A stretch of DNA of 24,258 nucleotides from an uncultured bacterium (GTDB taxonomy: Bacteria > CSSED10-310 > CAZUFC01), in contig CAZUFC010000122.1 of assembly GCA_964619725.1 (NCBI GenBank), forward strand, positions 1 to 24,258, given 5' to 3'. Below are positions 17,097 through 24,258 of this stretch, piece after piece. The position numbers were made by a program, and so were the translations under genes. Numbering within the stretch: the stretch's first letter is position 1; every line of letters starts with the position of its first letter. Below the pieces are notes generated by a model. It saw only the letters and a program-made list of their open reading frames with translations, was not told the origin of the DNA and did no database searches.

Positions 17097-17789
17097 ATGC
17101 GCAATTCGGAGGAAACGCCAGTGAAAAATTCAGATAATTCCGGACGGCAAAATCGAAACAGGGCGCGGCCGGAGCTTAAATGGCGGACATGCTTCAACGC
17201 TGCACTGTTGATCCCGGCTTTGCTGCTTGCTTCAGTTGCCGGCGATTCTCAGGCAGCCGAGAGGTCCGGACAGATCGCTATCGGCGACGTTTCTGGATGC
17301 TACGGGGATTCAGTTCGCATAACCGTCTCCCTCCAGAACAATTCCTTTTCAATCGAACAATTCGGTTTTGATCTGATCTTCTGCCCGGAAATGTTGGAAT
17401 ACGTTTCGGCGGAAAGGGGCGATTTGATACCGGAATGGCCCTTCCTGGAAGGATTCGAGCTGGACCAGGGATGCGTAAGAATGGGTGGGTTCTCACCTGA
17501 AAATCCCATTCCCCCTCAGAGCTCCGGAATCCTTCTTTACGTCAACTTCACCGTTACATGCGACGCATGCCTGGAGGGCGACGTGTGCGAAATCGACTGT
17601 ATCAATCCTGTTGACGATATAGTGGACTTTTCCATTCAAAACGCCTCCTTCACCTATTCATGCGGTGAGGCCGTTCCGTGTCTCAATCTTATAGGCGTTG
17701 CCGTTCTTCTAATTCTGCTGTCCGGTATGAAATTCAAAACTCGAAGAAAGATTGAAAAACGCGGAATGCCGATCGAGCATCATCTGTAA
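17097..17789 (+). CDS. Single-cohesin protein with C-terminal IPTL/PEP-CTERM-like sorting signal (putative anchoring scaffold)
   Basis: Signal-like AALLIPALLLASVAG..QA; cohesin FGFDLIFCPEMLEYVSAERGDLI..SSGILLYVNF; C-terminus VPCLNLIGVAVLLILLSG followed by basic KFKTRRK. Starts 10 nt after the upstream stop. Confidence 0.82.
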   Translation: MRNSEETPVKNSDNSGRQNRNRARPELKWRTCFNAALLIPALLLASVAGDSQAAERSGQIAIGDVSGCYGDSVRITVSLQNNSFSIEQFGFDLIFCPEMLEYVSAERGDLIPEWPFLEGFELDQGCVRMGGFSPENPIPPQSSGILLYVNFTVTCDACLEGDVCEIDCINPVDDIVDFSIQNASFTYSCGEAVPCLNLIGVAVLLILLSGMKFKTRRKIEKRGMPIEHHL

Positions 17790-17841
17790 GGTCGAAAGCA
17801 GGTGAAGTCCTGATAATCGCAGACTCGAACCCTTGTTCACA

Positions 17842-17878
17842 AGGACCGCCGGAGACGATTGCTGTTTCCGGCGGTCCT
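17842..17878 (+). terminator. Strong hairpin after the cohesin operon (terminator or stabiliser)
   Basis: AGGACCGCCGGAGAC...GTTTCCGGCGGTCCT, 15-bp stem with one G.U pair. No U-tract follows. Confidence 0.5.
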
Positions 17879-18236
17879 ACGCGTTAGGCAGATCAACCGT
17901 CATGAATCTACCTGACCTTTTGAAGGAAAGCGTAAAATTGCCTTCGCCTGATTTTTTTCAAGATCAAAAATGGACCATGATCAACGATGCACATTCCGAG
18001 ATAACAATTCTGCCGGCGCTTATTCTTTGACTGAGCAAATCCGAAGACTGACGCAGTATTGGGAAAAATTCGCCGTTTTGGACAAAAAACAGTTATGATT
18101 TCGGCGGTTGAAACTTTTAAACTTTTTGATTTTAAAAATGAATCGATCCGCAATGGCGGATCGCGTTCGAAAATGGATAGAAGCGCTGTTTTCCCGTTAA
18201 TTTTTTCACTTTGACTCATTTTTCTTTTTTTGTTAT

Positions 18237-18431
18237 CTTTGTCCCCATTGACAAATGAAGAATTCTTTACTTGTCGATGGGGATAAAGGGAATTTCACAC
18301 CCTTTCAACCCTCTTGACATCATTTAAAAAGGCAGAGGAGGTTAGGCATGAAATTGAAATTCCTGTCACCTCACCCCATCACCAACACCTCACCTTTGCC
18401 GTGAGGAAAAAAATAACGAGCAGAGAGGTGT
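18237..18431 (+). promoter_or_regulatory. Structured 5' region of the TIR-TPR gene
   Basis: About 24-bp hairpin at 18237-18288 with G.U pairs on the + strand; GGAATTTCA/TGAAATTCC stem at 18289-18363; ACACCTC (18385-18391) complementary to the RBS GAGGTGT (18425-18431). Confidence 0.45.
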
Positions 18432-18434
18432 ATA

Positions 18435-19505
18435 ATGGTAAATAAATCAAGATTTAACCAGGTTTTCGTCAGTTATGCCCATGAAGATAAACCTGCTGTC
18501 CGAAAGATATGTCGAGAGTTGAAACGAAACGATGTGAACGTATGGTGGGATGATGACTCTCTGAAAAACCATGGAATTGAGCTGGATCATGAAATTGTAA
18601 GGGAGATTTATAAAAGTCGGTTCGTGATTTTTTGTCTTAGCCGGAATTCGAAACTAAAAATAGGCGAGGATTCGATAGGTTTCGTAGACCATGAATTGAA
18701 CATTGCTTTCAATGCATCATTAACTAGAAAAGAAGAAATGTTTGAACTTTTAATCGTGAAGCTCGAAGAAATTGATCTAGCCGATAAAAGATTGAAGGAA
18801 AAGAAATATTTTTCCGTCGAAGTCGGATTTCAGGAATGTATTGATTCAATTACTGCTCATATAACCGCTGGTACGGAGACGTTTTCCAAGGCAGAAAGAG
18901 ATTGGATCAAATTTGATGCTTTAATGAACAGGTCTTTTGATTGTTTCAAAAAAGATCAAACCGACAAGGCAATCCAATATGTCGATGAAGCCATTGCAAT
19001 ATTTCCTGATAATTATCAGGCGTGGTCTCATAAAGGAGCGATTCTGAATGAAGTTGCCAGAGACGAAGAAGCGCTGAAATGCTTTACCAGGGCAACGGAT
19101 ATTTGTTCGGTGGGTTTTGAAGCCTTGAACAATAAAGCAACTTTATTGTTGAAAATGGGTCGATTTAAAGAGGCTTTGGCGACAGCCGATAAAGCAATTT
19201 CCGTTGTCGACACTGTTCATGACGCCTGGCTTACGAAAGCATACGGTTTGTTTGCTTTAAGCAAATACAGTAAAGCGCTGGAAGCATTAAACGATGGGCT
19301 CTCCAAATGCAGGGACGAACAAGGAAAAAGCATTCTTTGGAATACAAAAGGGTGTTTTTTTCTGGATCGGAGAGAGGTTGGAGAAGCTGCTAGGGCATTT
19401 AACAAGGCGTTGGATATAGATGCAGATAATGAAGACGCACAACGAAATCTGCTGGGACTGCAAACATCTTTTATGCATGGACTGAATGGAGGATTTTTAG
19501 AGTAA
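18435..19505 (+). CDS. TIR-domain + TPR-repeat protein
   Basis: VFVSYAHED, VNVWWD, FVIFCLSRNS and FVDHEL (catalytic-position Glu). About 5 TPRs: AWSHKGAIL, ALNNKATLL, AWLTKAYGL, LWNTKGCFF. Confidence 0.9.
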   Translation: MVNKSRFNQVFVSYAHEDKPAVRKICRELKRNDVNVWWDDDSLKNHGIELDHEIVREIYKSRFVIFCLSRNSKLKIGEDSIGFVDHELNIAFNASLTRKEEMFELLIVKLEEIDLADKRLKEKKYFSVEVGFQECIDSITAHITAGTETFSKAERDWIKFDALMNRSFDCFKKDQTDKAIQYVDEAIAIFPDNYQAWSHKGAILNEVARDEEALKCFTRATDICSVGFEALNNKATLLLKMGRFKEALATADKAISVVDTVHDAWLTKAYGLFALSKYSKALEALNDGLSKCRDEQGKSILWNTKGCFFLDRREVGEAARAFNKALDIDADNEDAQRNLLGLQTSFMHGLNGGFLE

Positions 19506-19881
19506 TAGTTGCTTGACCCCTCCCGTGAGCGTGACAAGAGGTTATATTGTCCTGTTTCAAATCGAATGAATGCTGACCTGTCGTTCTCTGTATTTTCTTG
19601 GTGTATTGAGCAAAGCAGAGCCGGCTTTTCGGCCTTGATCAAAATTACAAATTTCGTATTCGGGCCTTCGTTGGTTGAATCACAGGTTGCAAAAACCTCA
19701 AAACAGCACGGCTGTACCTCCGGTTTTGCAGTTGTTACCGGCCAACAGAATTCCCCAGAAATCAGATATTAATTCTTCCCAACCTTTCATTGTACCTTGT
19801 CTTTCCGGCAAGAGTGCTTAATAATCACTGTCTGCCGTGGCTATCATGGGAATGACCATATCCTTTCAAAGGAGGCAACCA

Positions 19882-20298
19882 ATGGATCGGTCACCTGCAA
19901 AAACAACTCATCAAGAAGTAACCGACAGTCTTGAAGAAGTAGAGAAGTTATTTTCGGATTATCGTCGAAGCCGTAGTCGGGGAAGGATACCGACGCATTT
20001 GCGGCGTGCGGCGGCGCATTTATCGGAACGCCATTCCCTGGGTCGCATATGTCATGTTTTGGGATTGAGGTACGATTCCTTGAAGCAACGAGTGGAGCGT
20101 CATCATTCAAAAAGCAGTTCGACGCCCGATCGTCCTGAGTTTTTTGAATTATCGCTGCCCCCTCCGTTTTCTGGACGGTCAAGGGAATCGGCCTGCATGG
20201 CGGAGTTTAAAATATTAGGCTCAAGTTTTCATCTTTGCGGTGAGATACGAATAAACCTTTTTTCGCTGTTCCGCCTAAGAATCGGGGTATGCCCATGA
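19882..20298 (+). CDS. IS66 accessory orfA (TnpA-like HTH protein)
   Basis: GGAGG-ATG at 19882; RGRIPTHLRRAAAHL..ICHVLGLRYDSLKQR..FFEL. Coupled to TnpB by an ATGA overlap. Confidence 0.65.
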   Translation: MDRSPAKTTHQEVTDSLEEVEKLFSDYRRSRSRGRIPTHLRRAAAHLSERHSLGRICHVLGLRYDSLKQRVERHHSKSSSTPDRPEFFELSLPPPFSGRSRESACMAEFKILGSSFHLCGEIRINLFSLFRLRIGVCP

Positions 20299-20625
20299 TT
20301 CAACTTACGTCTTCAATGCGAATCTTGTCGGCAGTGAACACAGTGGATTTCAGAAAAGGCATAGACGGCCTGGTTGGCGTGTGTCGAAACATCCTTAAAA
20401 TGACCCTTTTTCCGGTTATGTTTTTGCATTCCGCAATCGTTCTGGAATCCCGCTTAAGATATTGGCGTACGAAGGTCAGGGATTTTGGCTATGTCAAAAA
20501 CGATTTTCAACCGATCGTTTGAAATATTGGCCCCGAAGCGCGGAGGGAGGAATAAGCTTATTGGCAGCCAGAGAACTTCAGGTGTTGATATGGAACGGCA
20601 TTCCCGATGCTGCCGAGATGTCGTT
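20295..20625 (+). pseudogene. tnpB: IS66 accessory protein TnpB, frameshifted
   Basis: VDFRKGIDGL; shift in the A4 at 20397-20400; then DPFSGYVFAFRNR..KILAYEGQGFWLCQKRFS. Confidence 0.85.
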
Positions 20626-21468
20626 GGACCGGTGTCGGGTTTGCAGCGGAAGTTATTGTAAATAAAGAACGATTTCTTGTGTTGCCCTGGGAGCGCTCGA
20701 AAAATCTTGCTTCACGAATTTTAGGCATGGCCTTGCGTCGTCTGTCCGACGATTGGATGAAGCGATACAATTACTGGTCCGTACTGGCGGAGACGTTCGT
20801 ACAGAAAGAAAGATTCTCCGCGACCAGTTTCAATGCCTCTAATTGTCTTTGCGTAGGAGAAACCCGCTGCCGCGGTAAACTGGACGTAAAACATGAACAT
20901 GCGATGCTGGTGAAAACTGCTTGGCTTTACCCCCTGATCCCACGGTTCCGCGCCTGTTTGCCTGAATTGGAAAAACCATGAAAGAGAAAAAGACGATTGA
21001 AATGAGTTCCAAGCGGCTCCCGTTTGGCCGGATGAATGCCGCCATGTGATTGAAGCCCTCGGCCGGGTATTTTATGTCGAAAAACGGGTCAAAAGTGAAA
21101 ACCTCACACCGGGTGAATGCCTGGAGCTTCATTTCGCAAGGGGGAAGTTTAACAATGGAGTTCTGAAGGACAAATGCAGCAACGGTTTATGTTTCCTTCA
21201 TTTGTCTTTCTTCCGCTGGGTAGCCTTCTATGATTTCCAATTAATGGAATATTAGCTTGCCTGTTTTGAAGGGATTCTCGTTGCCCGGCGACGGTGCTCC
21301 GTAGTCGAAACTGATTGTCGACTCCTCATGCCTTGCCGTGGAAAAAAATTTGCCCTGAGCATGCTTACCGGAATAGTACGATTCAGCGGACTTAGTGTGA
21401 CTTGAATGCAGAAGGAAGGTTGGCTCCAATCCGCGTAATTGCAACGAAATATTGCAACATCGGGTCGT

Positions 21469-21556
21469 GACGAACGGCCAGGATAACCGGCGGCGTTGAA
21501 GCAGCTCTGGCTTTTAGTCAAGAGCTTTCGCCGTCCGGTTCATCCGGTGGTTAGCC
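21469..21556 (-). other. Integron attC site
   Basis: Minus strand GGCTAAC-CACCGGATGAACCGGACGGCG...CGCCGCCGGTTATCCTGGCC-GTTCGTC, starting 2 nt after the DUF2283 stop. Confidence 0.88.
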
Positions 21557-21558
21557 GA

Positions 21559-21828
21559 TTACGCTGCGCAAAGCGGCGCCAACTCACCGCTTTTTATCGG
21601 TGGAAAACCTAAATCGATCAGAACACGGTTGAATGCTGCGAGTGTAACCTGTTCAGGATCGGTAATTTCTATTCCGATTGGCCTTCCGCTTTTATTATAG
21701 TCGATGATTAGACCTAACTCCGCCTTAGATGTCCGAAAACTCTTTTCACCAGTATTGCGAGGCAAATAATAATAAGCCGCCAGCGGTCGACCCTGGCGAA
21801 AAGTCACTTCAAGGTAGGATTTCTTCAT
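21559..21828 (-). CDS. DUF2283-like putative antitoxin
   Basis: AAYYYLP..LIIDYNKSGRPIGIEI; GGAGG RBS; directly downstream of the DUF4258-like gene. Confidence 0.8.
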   Translation of the reverse strand: MKKSYLEVTFRQGRPLAAYYYLPRNTGEKSFRTSKAELGLIIDYNKSGRPIGIEITDPEQVTLAAFNRVLIDLGFPPIKSGELAPLCAA

Positions 21829-21829
21829 T

Positions 21830-22096
21830 TCATTCCTCCCAACATGGGTATGCTGTTACGACGACCAACAACTTGCTCTCTTCGTCCGGTTCCACAATGA
21901 CTTCCCAATCGTACCGTCGATGACGAGTTTCAATCACCCAACGGCCTTTCACGACATCTTGCCGTAAAGAGCCGGCTTTCTCAAGCATCGAACGTAAATC
22001 AACTTCATCAAAACATCTATCATCCATACGTTTAAGCAAATGGGGACTGAGTTCTAACTCCCAATCCCACCATGGTGGCCAAGATCGTTTAATCAG
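21830..22096 (-). CDS. DUF4258-like (RelE-type fold) putative toxin with non-canonical or mutated start codon
   Basis: LSPHLLKRMDDR..WEVIVEPD..LVVVTAY. GGAGG at 22103-22107 is followed only by CTG (22096) or ATT (22093). Confidence 0.75.
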   Translation of the reverse strand: MIKRSWPPWWDWELELSPHLLKRMDDRCFDEVDLRSMLEKAGSLRQDVVKGRWVIETRHRRYDWEVIVEPDEESKLLVVVTAYPCWEE

Positions 22097-22144
22097 AATT
22101 AACCTCCATATTGTAAAAATTTCAACCGCATCTTCCACCTTCAT

Positions 22145-22172
22145 GACTAACGCCGGCAATGAGCGGCGCGGC
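22145..22172 (-). other. Right half of an attC site (left half deleted)
   Basis: Minus strand GCCGCGCCGCTCATTGCCGGC-GTTAGTC. No matching R''/L'' is found upstream. Confidence 0.65.
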
Positions 22173-22385
22173 TGTTTCCAACAAAGACCTTCCAAAAACC
22201 CTCGTACATTATAATAGAAACAGACGAGCTTTTCAATATGGTGTTCAAAACATCTGCTCCAGTGCTTTGTCAGCCCCATCACTCATCCAGTCAAGTACTT
22301 AGAAGGTTGTGCAATTTTCGGTTGACATTCACATCCCGGCACCATCATCTTGGCGCTTGGATTTGAATCACTTGTCATGTTCCTG

Positions 22386-22447
22386 TGCTGACGTTCAGCA
22401 TCAGTGGCAGCCAGAGGCGGCCGTCCAATTGAATGCTGTAGTTAGAC
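22386..22447 (-). other. attC site with mutated R' core (GTT->GTC)
   Basis: Minus strand GTCTAAC-TACAGCATTCAATTGG...CCACTGATGCTGAAC-GTCAGCA, 62 bp. Confidence 0.75.
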
Positions 22448-22477
22448 CTCGAATGCTTGGCATGGATGCATATCCTA

Positions 22478-23269
22478 CTACTTGAGAACCTGACACAAGC
22501 ACTCGAGGAGGGCTTCAAAGTCCTTGAGAGTCATTTGATAACCGATCTCATTGCGGTGTTCAACGGCACCTGTAGTGAATGTCGACGTTGTGGCTAACAG
22601 ACTTGCGTTCGCTCTGTGCATCTGCTGAGTCCCGTACAGAGCGCGGACGACTTGAACACCAACACGCCTTTGAGGGGAATATCGTTTGCACTCTGCTATG
22701 CACAGGAACTCCCCAACCTTGTCCTTGCGGACCGCCCAGACATCCACACCTCCATCCCGGGTACCTGGACCGAGTGTGACACTGTACCCACTCCGGTGGA
22801 ATAACTCACCTACAACTTCCTCGAACTGTCTCGGCGTGAGCTCGTGGAATCCAGCTGGATCGCGATTCAGTCTTTCTAGCAGTCCTGCACTAACAACCAC
22901 CAGATCGGGCCTCACTTGAGCCAGTTTCATATCTGCTTTGGCAAGCTGGTAGATTCTCCGGTGGACGGGAAGCTTCACACTGCTGTCGCCTCCCAGATAC
23001 CGAACAACGTCGTATTTGATATCCCGCACATACCTGGTCTCAATGCGGCGTTCAGTACCTTCATAGTCCTCTGCTAGCCACAGAGCTGCATCAAGTAGGT
23101 CGGTGGCATCCGCCCCGTGCACTGCGAAGAGCTGTGCCGCGAAGCAGAGCCACCTATGATCCTCGCGTTCTGCTGTCTCTTTGATTTGATCTGCCAACTG
23201 GCGGGCTTCAGATATCCTCCCGGATTGCAGCAGTGACTCCAAACGATTAAACTCATCATCAACGTACAT
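22478..23269 (-). CDS. Mrr-like (type IV) restriction endonuclease domain protein with unknown helical N-terminal domain
   Basis: LTPRQFEEVVGELF..GY.V..TRDGGVD..IAECKRY..VGVQVVRALYG..TTSTFT (PD-(D/E)xK Mrr_cat). Flanked by attC sites. Confidence 0.88.
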   Translation of the reverse strand: MYVDDEFNRLESLLQSGRISEARQLADQIKETAEREDHRWLCFAAQLFAVHGADATDLLDAALWLAEDYEGTERRIETRYVRDIKYDVVRYLGGDSSVKLPVHRRIYQLAKADMKLAQVRPDLVVVSAGLLERLNRDPAGFHELTPRQFEEVVGELFHRSGYSVTLGPGTRDGGVDVWAVRKDKVGEFLCIAECKRYSPQRRVGVQVVRALYGTQQMHRANASLLATTSTFTTGAVEHRNEIGYQMTLKDFEALLECLCQVLK

Positions 23270-23287
23270 GGTTTATTCCCCACTGGA

Positions 23288-23365
23288 GGCTAACGTTGAG
23301 CATCAGCCTCAGAATGGGCCGCGGACGCACGGCCCATTCTGTAGTGCTTCATGCTCTTGTTCGGC
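23288..23365 (-). other. Integron attC site
   Basis: Minus strand GCCGAAC-AAGAGCATGAAGC..CAGAATGGGCCG..CGGCCCATTCTG..GCTGATGCTCAAC-GTTAGCC. Confidence 0.9.
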
Positions 23366-23385
23366 CGATCACTTCACATAACCAT

Positions 23386-23782
23386 CTACGTGCGTGCTGC
23401 AACCGATACGGGTACTTCTACCAAATGGAAGATGGTCGTTGGACCACCGTGAAAAGTCCGCGTAATACTGAAATGCCATTCACCGGAAACTGTATGACCC
23501 CTGTACCGCCGCTTAAGTAAGGTGGGTTGCGAAGGAACGTGAATTTCAGATATATTAGGGATTCAGGACCATCAATCGGCATCATGTGTCCAGACGGCGA
23601 TTCTATAAACGAATCAATATCGATTGCTTCGGCGATCTCACTACTTCTTTCCGACGACACTGACATGTCTAGAACAGTGGAAAGCCTCACGATTGCGCCC
23701 ACGTGTTTCTCAAGAAACTGAACGAATGCCCCGTTGTCGGGATATGTAATACTGATTGATTCCCTATACTCCGGGGCATCTG
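23386..23782 (-). pseudogene. Cassette gene 3' remnant, 5'-truncated by the IS and probably frameshifted
   Basis: The frame stays open from the IS junction (ESISITYPDNGAFVQFLEKHVG...). An alternative frame FSITRTFHGGPTTIFHLVEVPVSVAART ends just before the attC. Confidence 0.5.
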
Positions 23783-23877
23783 CAGGGCTACGTCAAAGTA
23801 TTTTTTAATCCATTATGATTGAAAAAAAATTAAAAATTTAGTGGACTTTCTGATTTTTATTTTTTATATTAAAAATC

Positions 23878-24258
23878 ATGAAAACTCTACGAAACGCCCA
23901 AACCTTCACGAATTCAGAAATAGTCCGAGGAGTAAGGGTCCGTCCGATTTTCATTGAAGAGCGGGGTCAGTGGAATGAGCTGATGAACAACCATCATTAT
24001 TTAGTTTTTGTCCATAAACGGCGAATTTCCCCCAATGCTGCGTCAGACTGGGGATTTGCTCAGTCAACGTATAATAAATGCGCCTCCTTCGCAAATCCTT
24101 GCCTTCCTTGTCTTAAGAAAAATTCGCCCGTTTATGGATCAAAAACCCAAGTGGCTGTCCAGCATTAAATTTTGAATCGAGATTCGAGTTTATGGACAGG
24201 CACTATTTAGGATTCCATGGCATGGTAGGTCGCACCTTGCGTTACGTTGCTGCATTCG
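23878..24258 (+). pseudogene. DUF4338-domain transposase N-terminus interrupted by a MITE
   Basis: Removing 24004-24209 restores ...RGQWNELMNNHHYLGFHGMVGRTLRYVAAF. Confidence 0.8.
24004..24203. mobile_element. 200-bp MITE with terminal inverted repeats and 6-bp target duplication
   Basis: TIRs GTTTTTGTCCATAAAC and GTTTATGGACAGGCAC; TATTTA duplicated at 23998-24003 and 24204-24209; second copy at 1-94. Confidence 0.9.

Larger units (their letters stand above)
19793..21140 (+). mobile_element. Internally deleted IS66-family element (variant carrying DUF4338)
   Basis: orfA-like gene, frameshifted TnpB, DUF4338 C-terminal fragment (RFLVLPW..NLASRIL..ETFV..VGETR.RG, ~20655-20981) and TnpC-like fragments (PDECRHVIEALGRVF). 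Ends are approximate. Confidence 0.7.
23783..24258 (+). mobile_element. ISAs1-type element (DUF4338 N-terminal transposase), left end; continues beyond the window
   Basis: Starts CAGGGCTACGTCAAAGT (ISAs1-like CAGGGC terminus). Promoter TGGACT-N17-TATATT ends 7 nt before ATG 23878, suggesting a leaderless mRNA. Confidence 0.65.

Noticed and set aside
10606-17806. AAGCAGGTGAA repeated at 10606-10616 and 17796-17806, bounding the kinase-cohesin module
   Set aside because: An 11-mer repeat is expected by chance in 24 kb and there is no other sign of mobility; only its position is suggestive.
17810-17845. GGTTCGAGTC T-loop-like motif on the minus strand
   Set aside because: No T stem or cloverleaf, and it does not match the tRNA-His 3' end.
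18303-18347. TTTCAAC...GTTAGGC as a plus-strand attC before the TIR gene
   Set aside because: Too short (about 45 bp) and lacks L boxes.
20655-20981. DUF4338 as Druantia DruA defence system
   Set aside because: It is a fragment embedded among IS66 genes and no DruE helicase or other Dru genes are present.
1-24203. Composite transposon bounded by the two MITE copies
   Set aside because: The right copy has its own local TSD inside a transposase gene, so it inserted independently.
1-24258. CRISPR array, rRNA, retron or group II intron
   Set aside because: No regularly spaced identical repeats, cas genes, rRNA motifs or reverse transcriptase were seen.

Overview
Accessory region of a bacterial chromosome, probably an environmental diderm (sigma54 promoter, exosortase-type sorting signal); the taxon cannot be fixed from sequence alone. 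From left to right: (1) a VanZ-like gene and a beta-CASP metallo-beta-lactamase-fold nuclease with an apparent signal peptide; (2) a tRNA-His(GTG) that lacks G-1/C73 and has G1.U72 and A73 instead; (3) a minus-strand integron cassette array (attI-like site ~8023, attC sites at 5635 and 3706, degenerate attC ~6795) carrying a frameshifted HEPN protein, two hypotheticals and a 542-aa P-loop ATPase, with no integrase in the window; (4) a decayed four-helix-bundle gene and a decayed PIN toxin-antitoxin cassette with its own attC; (5) an intact plus-strand module of a membrane Ser/Thr kinase-fold/TPR receptor with HRD->HRG, a sigma54 promoter, a secreted 3x-repeat/cohesin/dockerin/cohesin protein and a surface-anchored single-cohesin protein; (6) a TIR-TPR gene with a highly structured leader; (7) an IS66-type remnant; (8) a second minus-strand cassette array (DUF4258/DUF2283 pair, Mrr-type nuclease, four attC sites or remnants) interrupted by an ISAs1-type element that is itself interrupted by a 200-bp MITE with a 6-bp TSD. 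A second copy of that MITE is at the window start. The best candidates for new biology are the cohesin-dockerin module with its pseudokinase, the non-canonical tRNA-His and the defence-type cassettes. All domain calls come from motif recognition by eye; no database searches were run.
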